NCBI GenBank assembly: GCA_964016885.1
Contig: OZ024742.1
Location: 169,446,001 to 169,510,000, forward strand
Reading direction: 5' to 3'
DNA length: 64,000 nt
From: Eledone cirrhosa
Taxonomy: Eukaryota
In this document: positions 25,282 through 37,827 of the stretch, in pieces
Numbering within the stretch: position 1 is the first letter of the stretch
How the letters are laid out: each line of letters begins with the position of its first letter
Notes under the pieces: generated by a model
Database searches by the model: none
What the model saw: the letters and a program-made list of their open reading frames with translations, nothing else
Told to the model about the DNA's origin: nothing
Program-made: the position numbers and the translations under genes

Positions 25282-26028
25282 CTTCAAACAGATACAAGAA
25301 ATCATGAGTCAGAAATAGGAATACAAATGGTAATTGTGTCAATAGAGAATATTTAATTAATATCTGATAAAGTAACAATTATTTATTTATTTTCCAAAAA
25401 CTTGTTTCTGTCAGTAGATTGTGGCTATGCTGGGGTACCACCTTGATTTAGTTGTTCATTCTGACCCCAGTACTTATTTTATTGATATCTTTTTTGGTCA
25501 AACCAATAAGCCATGTGATACATACACATATAGGTACATGTGAAGAATCAAAAAGAAAACAACATAGGGGTGTGATATAGTACAACAAAGATATTATTTT
25601 AACACTTGATATAGTAGGAAAAGTGTCTTAACGTTTTTGATGTCAGTCCTTTATCAGAAGCTAGATTATGAAATAAAAGAAATAGAAAGATAGAGGAGGG
25701 TGAGAAGAGAAACAAACAGAATACATTTTTTTTCGGAGAGAAAACACATGTCAGTCATACATTTATATGATAGGCTTTTATAGTTATTGTCTCCCAAATT
25801 CCACACACAAGCCATTGGTCAACCCAAGTCTATAGCAGGAAACACTTAAAGGTGCTATGCAGGAGTATTGAACCTGAAACCAACTGGTAATAAACCAAAC
25901 TCCTTAACCACTCAGCCATACCTGCACCTATTAAGTTAGATTTTATCTTTTTCAGGGCTTCCAAGACGGCTGGAAAGAAGAAAGGTATTCTTAAACCAAA
26001 CTAAATGGTTACAATAAAGTAGATCTTG

Positions 26029-26187
26029 CAGGTCATCCAATGTCCAGGTGGTGGTGTTACACAGGCCAACAGAATAGATCTTGTTGATGTCACCCAATGT
26101 CCAGGTGGTGGTGTTACACTGGGCAACAGAGTAGATCTTGTTGATGTCATCTAATGACCAGGTGGTGGTGTTACACTGGGCAACAGA
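26029..26187. repeat. About 2.7 x 60-bp tandem repeat
   Basis: TAGATCTTG...CCAGGTGGTGGTGTTACAC...CAACAGA repeated. Confidence 0.85.
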
Positions 26188-26579
26188 TTAATTCTAAAAA
26201 ACAAGTAGATTTGAACACAGAATGTAATGAGCAGGAATAAATACTGCATGGTATACCTGTCTAATGCTCTAATAACTGCCAATTCAGTACCCTAAACTGA
26301 TACTTTATTTATCAACCCCAGAAGTGTGAAAGGTGAAGTTGATCTTAATATGAGAAGCCAGATTATAGTAAGACATTTTGTCAAACACTCTAATGCTTCT
26401 TCTAATTTACATTCTGTATCTAAAGATCAGCCCAAGCTAGGTTCCAGCTCATATTTTCAAGAGATGCAAGTTATTTGTAGTATAAAACTTTTAACAGCTA
26501 CTCCACATAGTGTATGTCTATAAGAGTGACTAATCTATTATGTATATTATGTATGTCAGTTAAGTTCTTATTGTGTCCA

Positions 26580-26855
26580 ATGCCAGTTAAGTGTAGCTAC
26601 TGTGTGTATGTCGTCAGTAAGTGCAGCAGCTACTCTACTGTGTGTGTGTCTGTAAGTGTGGCTACTTTACTGTATGTCTGTAAATGAGGCTACTCAACTG
26701 TGTGTATGTCTGTAAGTGTAGGTATTCTACTGTGTGTATATGTCTGTATGTGTAGCTACTGTATGTCTGTCTGTAAATGTAGCTACTTTACTGTGTGTGT
26801 ATGTCTGTAAGTGTGGCTACTGTATGTGTATATATCTGTAGGTGTGACTGTATTC
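26580..26855. repeat. Degenerate ~30-bp minisatellite
   Basis: GTGTATGTCTGTAAGTGTAGCTACT variants. Confidence 0.8.
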
Positions 26856-26988
26856 TACATGTGCAATCTAACACATAACAACAGAACACCAACATGAATG
26901 AGGGAGGGTTAAAATTAACCAAGATATCAGCTATTAGGACATAAGTCATGCCAAAAAATATCAGCCAAATCTCATACTACCCTTTTAA

Positions 26989-27198
26989 CCCTTTAATGTT
27001 CAAACCGGCCAAAATTCTCTACCTCTTTCTGTTGAAACTGGCAGTAACCGGTCGCTCAAACTGATGCTAAGGTATTGTTTTCAAAATAAATACTTTCAAA
27101 ATCTCATAGATTCGATATTATGTGAGATAATTATGCAAGGTAAAGCCTTTACCATGAAAATATAACAGTATATATAAAGTAATGTGAATACTAAAGGG
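26989..27198. mobile_element. piggyBac-type MITE
   Basis: TTAA|CCCTTTA ... TAAAGGG|TTAA. Related copies at about 18150-18376 and 27800-28009; another TTAA-CCCTTT family at about 13060-13255. Confidence 0.75.
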
Positions 27199-30100
27199 TT
27201 AAATAAATAAATTTATCATATTTCGTAATTTATGAGATAGTTTTTCCCTTATACAATGTCTCTAAAAACCACTCCCTGTTCTATAAGCTGAAGGTTAGAG
27301 CCAGGAGTTATAAGTTTGGAGTGAGGATTTCAAGTTAAAATGTGTTCAGCAGGCAAGCATTAGGAAACCTGACTTTATTTCTCTATCTAAAATTATATAC
27401 ATTTGGTTTAGATTTAGTGGACTATCTTAGTTTGTGATTAATTTGTCACAATTAGTGAGGATTTCAAGCTAAAATAAGGTCAGGGGAAATGCTTTGCTAA
27501 CAAGGCTCAGTGTATGAAAAATTATGTTGATGAATGATAATAAACTGTTCATCACATATTTGCTGGCCATCAGACATGATGTAGCATGAAAAGAAGAAAG
27601 AAGAAATTGTTCTGTGCCTTATAAACTACAGAATGATATATCGAAGGACAATGCAATCCCCAATATACACTAAGATAGTATGGTAAGGAACAACTAGAAC
27701 ACCTTTGATCATGTCTGTTCAATCAGGGCTAACCTGGAGCTAAACAGCAACAGCAAAAAAAAACAAAAAAAACAGAAGTAAACTGGATGTGTGGTTACGA
27801 TATTAAACTGGCTATATCCGCCAGAATTCTCTCACCTCTTTCTAATCAAACCAGCTGTAACTAGCCAGTCATACTGATGTCAAGGTATTTATCTCAAAAT
27901 AAATAATATCAAAATCTCAATATTACGCAAGATATTATATTATGTGAGGTAAAGCCTTTACTGTGAAAATACAATAGCATATATAAAGTAATATGTGTTA
28001 AAGGGTTAAACTGCCTGTAAACTATGTATGAGTTTAAATTGGCTACAGGCCCTTCCTTGTAGTGTAAAATATTTATTCTACATTCCAACATTTTACCTGT
28101 AACAAATCATCTGGGAATTTTAGTCATGATGGGTAGGTGTTTTATCACACATCTAACATACTCCCATGAAACAAGGGTTAGGCATCTTTGTTTCATGCCA
28201 TCACCACTTATAAGTGGAAGGAATATTTATGTAGTAGCTTGACTAGATCACAGCTCCAATACTATAGGCATGTGGTTAGAATGTCTCAGTAAAGAACCGC
28301 TAGACAGATTTTATGGGCAAAATCAACTGGCAGGAAACCCAGAGCAAGATTGTTGGATAACATCCATGAGCTTGGCTGGTCTTGCTTGGTGATCCAGCTG
28401 GATCAGTTGGAGATGGCTGTTTCTGACAGGACCCACTGGAAGTAGTGTTTGAGGACTCTGCCTCCACAACCCTCTCAGGAATAAGTGGGCAAAGAAGTAG
28501 AAGAAGCTCGACTTACTAGAAATAACAACCAAATCTCTAAACTACATCCTAGCACCTTAGAAAAGGACACATTGGATAATGTGATCCTAAGTTCTCTAAA
28601 CATCTGAAAAAGACAAGATGGTTATAGCTGGAAACACCATCACTATTTTTACAATTATTTACTGACCCAACCCACTTCCCCGGCCAGCTGGAGTACTGAC
28701 TCAGTCCGTGAAGACATGTCTAATCTTTGCTTGCAGGGAAGATGGACATTAATTGATAATGATGATGATGATGTTTGTCCATGCCAGCATGTGTTAGACA
28801 TGTCTTTGTTTAGGTTTCTTCAATCAAGGCTGACCTGGGAATAAACATTTATCTCAAAACTTTCCATCATAATTTTATGTAAGAACCTTTAAGTTATGCT
28901 TCAAACACCAGCTTAATAACAAGAAAGTCAATTATATTACTAAATCCCTCCAAAAGCATAGGCAGTATCTTTCATTAGAAATATGGTAACAAAAGATTTA
29001 AACATCACATACACAAGAAAAATCACCAATGGAAATCTAAATGTACTCTAAAGCTCTGACAGCATGAATAGATGAGAGATAAAGTTGATCCTGGATAAAA
29101 CACCAATATATCCTGGGTTTAAGAAAGTTGGCTGCAGCCTACTAGGTGTATTCTAGTTCATCACAGCCAACTCACAGAAAATACAAAGAGGTAGACAATT
29201 CACTATGATCTAAATTTAGCGCGATGGGGGGAAGGATTGTATGGATAAAACAAGCTTTACAAAAGTACATCTTTGGCATAAAAAAATAGAATAAGATTCC
29301 AAATGCAGATATCTATGAGTTCCTCACATATCCACAGATCATGAATGTTTTATCCTGCAGTCATTAAGTGTTATGAGTCTTACAACATGCACCCTCATCC
29401 AGGTGACTCAACTACAGGGCACATAATCAGTATTGTATCATTGAGTTACTGGGTGTTTCTGGCCTTACACCCTCATGCACGTGAACAGACTAAAATTGAT
29501 CTGTGTCCAAGTAACATACATGCTACTGATCCCACCGGCCACTTCTTTTCAGCCATGGCCTTACAGTAGATTTCTCTAAGATACTCAACAAAACTGTGCA
29601 CAACTGGTTGAAACTACTAACACCTATCGTCGTTATTCATCTCCATTTAGCTTACTTTAGACTCTCCTGTGCTCTATGAGTTATCAATTAGCATAATCAT
29701 TAGTGCTGGTGCCACCATAAAATGCACCCAGCACACTCTGTAAAGTAATTGGTGTTATGAAGAGCTTCCAGCCATAGAATTGGGAGGACACTTCAGTCAT
29801 GACTCAGCAAGCTCTCTAGTGCTGGTGCCTAAAAACTGCACCCAGTACACTCTGTAAGGTGGTTGGTGAGAGAAAGGTCATCCAGTCAAGAATACTTGCC
29901 AAGCAAACGGTCAAGAGGACTCTTTAGTTGGCTTAGAGATATAACAACCTCTCTGGTGCTGGGAACACAAAAGAGAGAGATTACATGAACATATGTAAGC
30001 AAGATTCAACTCCCAGCCTGTCTAAGAGGACAGTAGCTCTAAATAAGTCTATGACAACCTGTACAACTCTTGCTAGCAGAGAGAATGGATACTAAATGAT

Positions 30101-31389
30101 GATGATAATGATAATTAAAAGTTGGAAATTTTTTTTTTTAAATGAATAATTTTTAAATACTAACAGTGTAGTCTCCTATTTTCACATAAAAAAAAAAAAA
30201 TGAGTGACCTGATTTAAATATTAACATGTAGTGCTGGCACCATAATAATGATGCACCCAGTTCAAACTGTAAAGTGGTAGTGCTGAGGCCATTGTAAAAC
30301 ACACCCAGTTAAGAGGTAGTGCTGGTGTCATGATATAACACACCTAGTCCACCAAATTAAGTGGTAATGCTGATGTCACGAAATAATGCTAGTATACTCA
30401 GTAAAGTGATAGTGCTGGTGCCACTATAAAATGTACCCAGTATACTCTACAAGGTGGTTGGTGTTAGGAAGGACGTCCAGCTATAGAAATCAAGTGAAAT
30501 ATGGAAAGTATGAATGAGATGAGGTCGCACTGACGACTTGTCCAACCCATGCTAGTGTGGAACGCAGACATAAAACGATAGACATAACGATAGTGTAGTT
30601 TAGTTATCTACTTTCATATTACCAAAAATGGGTGACGTGGTCAGATTTAAATACTGACAGTGCAGTTTTGCCTCCTTTGTTATTATTTTTTAAATTTTGA
30701 TAAAATGTGCTAAGCCCACACAGGAAAGTGGAAATGCTGGTTTTATTAACCTCCAGCTACTGGTGATACTCATTTTTTAAGTTGAGTTGACTGGAGTGGT
30801 TTACTCAATAACGCAACACATGACTCGGTCGAGGAATAGAACCAAAGACATTACGATCGCAAGTCCAACACCCTAACAACTAGGCCACGTAAATTCTCTA
30901 AGACCAAGTAGGTGGTGTTAAATATGACAAGACAAGAATAAATCTAAATGCGATAATCAAATCTCCTTCATATGACAATCAACCGTTTTATAAAACGAGA
31001 ACACATTGCATAATGTATTCCTAGATACAATATGCTTGAAATAAAATAAGAATAAATATGCGATGGTCACGACGAGAATGCTTTTGAATCCGTTGAAACA
31101 AGAGATGGCCTGTCTCAACAAAAGAAATTCACACACAAGAACAAAAACTAAAATTCGTAAAATAAGTTACGTGTGCCTAGAATAGAGGTGAGTTCCGATG
31201 TTTCAGAAAAGGTATTTTTTTTTTCATCATATTTTACGAATATCGACATTTGTGTTGTTCTTTTTGCTGATACAGACCATCACCTTAGCTTCATCGAATT
31301 CTAGTTCACTTTGATCGTCTTTCATTCATTCCTTGCATTTGATTGTGTTAATTTTTTTCTCCATCCCTACCCGAAATTTCAGAACTCAC

Positions 31390-31399
31390 CTCGCATCAT
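31390..31399 (-). CDS. MORF4L1: MRG15/MORF4L1 candidate first coding exon (ATG ATG CGA G)
   Basis: gccATGATGCGAG|GTGAGT: good Kozak context, consensus donor, phase 1 matching exon 2 (gives MMRGERVLCYHG); about 100 bp downstream of ETS motifs. Confidence 0.55.
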
Positions 31400-31497
31400 G
31401 GCACAAGATCTTATCTTATTTTTACCAATTTTATACAGTTTTTACAGCTTACAGAAGCAAGATAGCAAAAGGCTTATTATTTTTTTTTTTCAAATAC

Positions 31498-31540
31498 CAA
31501 CCGGAAATGATTGAGAGACCTGGCGCAGCACTTCCGGTTT
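31498..31540. promoter_or_regulatory. Probable MRG15 promoter with two opposed ETS motifs
   Basis: CCGGAAAT (31501) and ACTTCCGG (31530), in a CpG-retaining zone just upstream of the candidate exon 1. Confidence 0.5.
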
Positions 31541-31732
31541 GGAAAAACGGTGAAAAAAAATCTTTCCCGACAGTTTTTAAATACAAACTTAAATATGACA
31601 TTGGTGTATATGTCAATCAATTTTATTATATCTATATCAGATAGAAATACATACATGTAATTAATTAATTAATTATTGTTAAGAACCTTAATAGTATACA
31701 ACCAAAGCGAAAAAATACACAAAATCAACACA

Positions 31733-31789
<57 letters not shown>

Positions 31790-32745
31790 AGTATATATAT
31801 ATATATTAGAGAGTTAGGGCTCAACAGCTGAGTTCTTGCTGTTTCGACAACAAATTCCAATATATATGGTAGATATGAATGTAACTATAGTTACAAGCAA
31901 TTCGTCGGTTAAAGCACTCAAAGCTATTACGAGGTTTCGTCTCGTGTGGTGATTATATTTCAGTGTACTTCAGAATTAAATCGGCTGTAACGTGCAGAGT
32001 GTTGTGTTGATATTGTTAATGTTGTCAGTGGTCTTATAACTTTTTGACGGTGCAGAGTCGGGCTCGGACCATTATGATCGAACCCTGAACTCATCGATAT
32101 CGAAGCAATTGTCGTTCCTGCTATACACTGATATATATATTCACACACGCGCATATTGTTTTTTTTTCTTAATACCTTTACCTCACATGACCATAATGCA
32201 CCTCCCCTCTTCATCTGATCAACCCTTCACACCCCATCCAGTACCCTCCCTCCTCCACATGCTCACACTTAGACACCATATACACTACAACAAAATAGTC
32301 TAACACTTGTTAATAATCAACCAAACACGTAGAAACACACATCAGCACATACACGTGTTTTATTTTGTTGCCATGACGACTGTAACTGACTTTCTTTCAT
32401 TTCAAAATTAAATTAGCTTGTCCACCTAAGTTACATGTTTTAACGATATTTTTTTCTAAAAAAGTTTCTTTAATCTGTATCTCCCGACGAAGGGCTAAAG
32501 CCCGATACGTTGAACTCTTATTTTTTTTTTCTATCTTTCATCTAAGCTTGAATCTAATAACATTAATTGCTTTGTATGTGTTTACCTTTTTTAATATATA
32601 TATATACACACACACAAACACTTTGTTAGCACTCTGAGACAAGTTTTGCTTGATACACGTTCAAATCATATCTCATTAAGTGAGTAATAATTGTGAGAAA
32701 ACGGGTTTATGGCAAATATTTCCTATAACCTCATCAATATATATA

Positions 32746-33290
32746 TGCAGCGAAACCTGTCCACACATTTATCCCCTGGTGACATTTAACAGTCATTTTC
32801 AAGGTTAGCTCCTTGTGTGGCCAGTGGTATATGAGGCAGGTCACTTTGGGGTGAAGACAAGATAGGTTCTCAAGGCAGTCGAGCGGGAACCTTCCTTCGG
32901 TAAACACGTCTCCTGTCTCCGGCTGGAGACACATTTTTCGTCTACCCATCAAACCACTCGCAAGATGTAGTTATTGGCAAAAATATCTCTTGGGCTTGCC
33001 TGTGGGCAAGGTCACAAGAAATAACAGCTAGCCACTTCTATAAGGCAAGTTACCTTGTATCGCTGCACACACTATTTCTTCATACCCAAACATATCCCCC
33101 GCACTTTCTCTGCGTACACAGTTTCTCCTTGTCTATTGTTCATGCCTTTCGACTGTAACAAATGTTAATTTAAGTGTTTCCGTCGTGAAACGTTAATTAA
33201 TAAACAATATATAATTGTGGCAAGAGTTTTCGTTCTTCGTCTATAACCCTTGCATTGTGATCGGGGAAAATCACTTTCCCCGCGATATCA
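32746..33290 (+). mobile_element. Possible solo LTR
   Basis: Starts TGCAGCG and ends ...CGCGATATCA, with internal TATAAG and AATAAA in LTR order. No TSD found. Confidence 0.35.
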
Positions 33291-33656
33291 AACATTCACT
33301 TTCCACAGTTGTACACATTGGTTAACTACCACAATTATCTTCAAGCAATACGAATCATCATCATCATTCACTCTTCTACTCGATAAGAACTTCAACTCAC
33401 AACCACACACGCAAACTTCCCGTTATATATATATATAAATTCAGCGAGAATCGCATTTCGGCGGGTAGAAAAATCGAAACGTAACGCAAATTCAGAGTCA
33501 TGCTGGCAAGCGCTCCAATGGCTAAAAAAAAACAAAGCTATAAACATAGGTTAAAAACGCCATACAAACTGAGAAGGCGGTCAAGAAGGCATTAACCACC
33601 TAAGCCAAAAAACAAGTCAAGCTAAACAGGTCAGACAAAATAAATGACATAATCAT

Positions 33657-33836
33657 ATTGGCAGTATCGGTAGAGGGTCGGACGCCATGCTTTCCAGCAT
33701 AGTTACGTCCCTTTACGATCTGAGTTCAAATCCCACCGAGGTTGACTTTGCCTTTCATCCTTACGGGGTCGATAAAATAAAGTACCAGTAATGCACTGGG
33801 TGATTGCTGGCCTTGTGCCTAAAGTAGAAACAATTA
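33657..33836 (+). mobile_element. tRNA-derived SINE (same family as the 24.4-25.2 kb cluster)
   Basis: A/B boxes and core. Other + copies at about 38190-38330, 39118-39325, 39757-40145, 46206-46505 and 52905-53065. Confidence 0.85.
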
Positions 33837-33906
33837 TATATATATATATATGTGTATATATATATATATATATGAGAAAAACCACAGACCCTCCATCTCA
33901 ACTCTA

Positions 33907-33942
33907 CTTTTGAAAAGCAGAAGAACTGAGAAACCGGTAAAG
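33907..33942 (+). ncRNA. Variant minimal hammerhead-like motif (UUGAAAA core)
   Basis: ctt-TTGAAAA-gcag(aagaa)ctga-GAAA-ccgg-TA-aag, then AATAAA and (TA)n. Confidence 0.5.
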
Positions 33943-34078
33943 GAACCGAATAAATATATATATATATATATTTTTTTAAATAAGACTCCAGTTGCATTTT
34001 CGATTTCATCTTTTTTCTTTATACTTTCACTTGTGTAGGACACCTCGGTTATTTTCCATTTTGTAAAAAAAACCTCAC

Positions 34079-34131
<53 letters not shown>

Positions 34132-34479
34132 TATATATAACTAATCCGTTTTTGAATTTGTTTTGCGAGATTTCTTATCTGAAAACGTGTGTTGAAACAG
34201 ATATTGTTATACCTTGGAAGAGTCATTCTACTCACATGGCTTAATTGCATAATTGCAAACGAATCAAATATTATTATTAATATTCGAAAAACTCAGATTT
34301 AGCCATATAGAGCGATAAAACTATTTGTTATATATATAACTACCAAAATGGCCCGGCGTTGCTGGGGATTTGCTCTAGGGTTCTTATATATTTGATATAT
34401 CCTTATCGAGCCTCGTGAAATAAATACGTTTGTTTAAATTTTGTTATTGTGTATGCTAAAATACGAACACGAACATATA

Positions 34480-35411
34480 ATTATATATATATATATTACT
34501 AAAACTCGAACCACCAAACCGATTGTTTTCAAACTTTACACATGTAATACTTATGGTCCCATTGAGTGTTCTGAGCAAGATAAAATTCAAATTTTCAATG
34601 CCCTAGGGACCGCATTAGGTGATTTAGCGATCCCTTTCTCTCTCTCTCTCTCTTAGTCTTTCTCTTTTTAGATAGATACATAGATATCTGTATGTATGCC
34701 TGGCTGTCTGCATTACTTCATTGTGTGTGTGTGTGTGTGTGTATATGTATATATATAGTGCGTGTGTATATATATATATATTCTTATACCAGGGAATGTC
34801 TTCACGAACCAAAGTATCGTCTTCCTGTTTTCTTTCAGTTGCAACGTTTTTCAAAATATTTACATCTGCGTTTACAGATTGATTTTTTTAGTTTCAAAAG
34901 ATCCCGTTAAGCTTGAAAGCAGCGATTCTTTGCTTAAACTTTAATATGTTATTTTAATATAGATATTCGTGTACAGATATTTTTGCATACACAAAAACAA
35001 AATATAAACAAGTCTGGCGATTACATAATCACATGCATCACTGACAGATATTTTTGCATACACAAAAACAAAATATAAACAAACAAGGCTAACGATTACA
35101 TCAGTTAGTCTTAGTGTACTTCATACTGCTTTTAGGTAGAAGATCCCGTTAAGGGTGAAAGCAGCGATTCATTTTCTGCATTCACAGATTGATTTTTTTT
35201 AGTTTCAGAAGATCCCGTTAAGGGTGAAAGCAGCGATTCTTTGCTTAAACTTTAATCTGTTATTTTAATATATATATATAATTATATATTCGTGTACAGA
35301 AATTTTGGAAGTCTCAAAGCGTGTCCAAACCAGCCCAGGCGTCGCTTGCAGATGGTAGAAGAGACTAGCTGCTGGTTGGTGCGGATCCTGACTTCCTGGC
35401 CATTCTGCTAG
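34480..35411 (+). mobile_element. Non-autonomous Helitron-like element
   Basis: Ends ...GGCCATTCTGCTAG|T and has internal tandem duplications. An inverted homologue is split between 35412-35545 and 37150-37436 and begins TCTATATATCTAAAAC on the - strand. Confidence 0.6.
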
Positions 35412-35773
35412 TATATATATTAAAATAACATTAAAGTTTAAGCAAAGAATTGCTACTTTCACCCTTAACGGGATCTTCTGAAACTAAAAAAATCAATCTG
35501 TGAACGCAGAAGTAAATATTTCGAAAAACGTTACACACACTATATATATATATATATGGGATAACAAGTTATCGTTATCGGTAATCCAGTTAGAGGTTGT
35601 GAGTACTCTGCGTCGTGGATAGTTTTAATGTACCGCTTTGTTTGACTCAACAAGATGCTTCCATAGTTATGCAGCAAGTTTGCGGTAATTTCTATGCAGG
35701 TTATACTTGGAGTAATAATAGTTAAAGAATGAAGAATAACAAGGTTGGCTGTACAATAAAGGCTTTATTTAAA

Positions 35774-35883
35774 GTACTGACAATTGTTTCGTTGATCAGA
35801 TGAGTCTAGAGTTCGCTAATCGCTTGAGGTTGCGTCATTCGATCTCCAATACATTATTTACCTCTGGTCAACACATCGGAGTA
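35774..35883 (-). ncRNA. Degenerate hammerhead motif (PLE-end remnant)
   Basis: tact-CCGATGT-gttgaccaga...tctgatcaac-GAAA-caattg-TC-agta, with AATAAA downstream; two core substitutions. Confidence 0.55.
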
Positions 35884-35939
35884 TGTAGATATGAAAGTAA
35901 TTCACTAGAGGCAAGACATATATATATATATACATATAT

Positions 35940-37150
35940 ACACACTATCTTCTTGGGGATTCCATAAGCCTGTAAGATCTTCATCAGGCAGTGATGGTCC
36001 ACAGAATCAGAGGCCTTCCTAAAGTCAATGAAAACCATGACTGCAGGAAGGCACTTTGCTCTAGCTCCCTCTAATATCCTCCTCAGCATCAGGATGTGAC
36101 TGGTGGTTGATCTTCCCTCTCTGAAGCCGTTCTGGTTGTCCCTGAGCTTCTTCTTCATCTCAGGCTGGATCCTGTTAAGAATCATCCTGTTGGGGGTCTT
36201 TGCCACAAGTGACATCAATGAGATCCCCCTGTAGTTGTTGGTGTTAGAGAGATCTCCCTTCTTTGGCACTGGGACGATGTTACTGATCCTCCACTGATTC
36301 GGAGCAACTCCTTTCTCCAGTGCCTGGTTACAGAACCCCAGGATGATATCATCAAAATCACACCTCTTCATCACCTCTGATGCTACTCCATCTTCTCCGT
36401 GGAGGGCGGCTCTCCTAATAGGGTCCTAAAATGGTCTAGCCATTTCCTCTTCCTATCCTCGGGCCCTGTTCCCTGGATCTGACTCGAACACCTTCTCTTC
36501 CTCCCTGTGATCTCGTTGATGATCATCCAGCTCTCCTTACATCCAGACCTGTCAACCGCTCTCTCCACACTTCTGATCTTCTCTATCAGTGCCTCCTCTC
36601 TGGCCTCAGTGTAAGTGGTACAGAGTTCTTCCCTCATCACCTCCACAGTCTCCATCCTCTCCTCCGTAGGATCAGCATAGAATTGGTCCTTGGCAGCTCT
36701 CAGGTGTTCATAAAGACCTGAATATCCGCCTCTTCATTGCTGTAGTGGAGTCTGTGCTGCTGTACGGGTCTGAGGCTTGGACACTGACCAAGAAACTCAC
36801 TCAGATGGTGGATGGGTGCTACACGAGAATGCTAAGGATGGCTCTGATCATTAATCAGTATACACTGAGGGTGAAAAACTCAGAGCTGTATGGGAGCCTC
36901 CCAAAGGTCAGCTCAAAAGTGACACAGAGGAGACTGAGGTTAGCTGGACATGCTCACCAACATCCAGAGTTGACATTGCACTCAGTGCTACATGGACACA
37001 CTGGAACAGGGAGACCAAGGTTAATGTATGTTGATGCCCTAAGGACCGATACTGGTCAGTTGGAGACGCAGGACATGGCAGCGATAACGAGGGACAGAGA
37101 CCGCTGGAGAGAACTCGTCTATGGATCTCGGGAAGTTTACCCGCCCTAGA
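35940..37150. mobile_element. RTE-X-like LINE with 5' inversion
   Basis: - strand gives the RT N-half (VPVPKKGDLS..NYRGISL, QNGFREGRST, FIDFRKASDSV). + strand from about 36710 gives the C-terminus (ESVLLYGSEAWTLT, RRLRLAGH, GRPRLMYVD). Confidence 0.9.
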
Positions 37151-37491
37151 ATATATACACACACACACACATAGCGTTATAATGTCATAATGCAGACATA
37201 CAGACATATTATAAGGGCGCAACGTTATATCTATGTATCTATCTAAAAAGAAAGACTAAGAGAGAGATCGCTTTTTCGCCTAATGCAGTCCCTAGTGCAT
37301 TGAAAATTTGAAATTTTTTTGTTCAAAAAACTCACAGGACCATAAGTATTACATGTGTAAAGTTTGAAAACAATCGGTTGGGTGGTTCTCGAGTTTTAGG
37401 GAGTCAGACAGACATTCTCTGTTTTAGATATATAGATGAGCAGATATATATACATAGTTAAGTGGTAGTGCTGGTGCCCTGATATATATAT

Positions 37492-37827
37492 CATCATCAT
37501 CATCATCATCATTTTACGTCCGCTTTTCCCTGCTTGCAAGGGTAGGACGGGAACTGATTCTGGCTTGATTTCTACAGCTAGATGCCCTTCCTAACACCAA
37601 CCTCATTTACAATGAATGCTGGGTGCTTTTTTGCCGTGGCACCTCCACGACCACTTTGCAGTGGAATGATAGGGACCCCAGTCCCTATCATCTCATTTCT
37701 ACAGCTGAGTAAACTGGAGCAATGTGAAATAAAGTGTCTTGCTCAAGGAAACAACACATCACCCGGTCTGAGAACTGAACTCACAACCTTTCGATTGCAA
37801 AGCCAATGCTCTAACCACTAAGCCACA
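37492..37827 (-). mobile_element. tRNA-head SINE with RTE tail (copy of 5450-5790)
   Basis: Near-identical to 5450-5790; (ATG)n tail on the - strand. Confidence 0.85.

Noticed and set aside
24417-26187. CRISPR-like periodicity
   Set aside because: Tandem SINEs and a 60-bp minisatellite; no unique spacers, no cas genes, eukaryotic context.
28095-28130. Alternative MRG15 first exon (CAG|GTAAAA on -)
   Set aside because: Upstream ATGs either hit a stop or give the wrong phase for exon 2.
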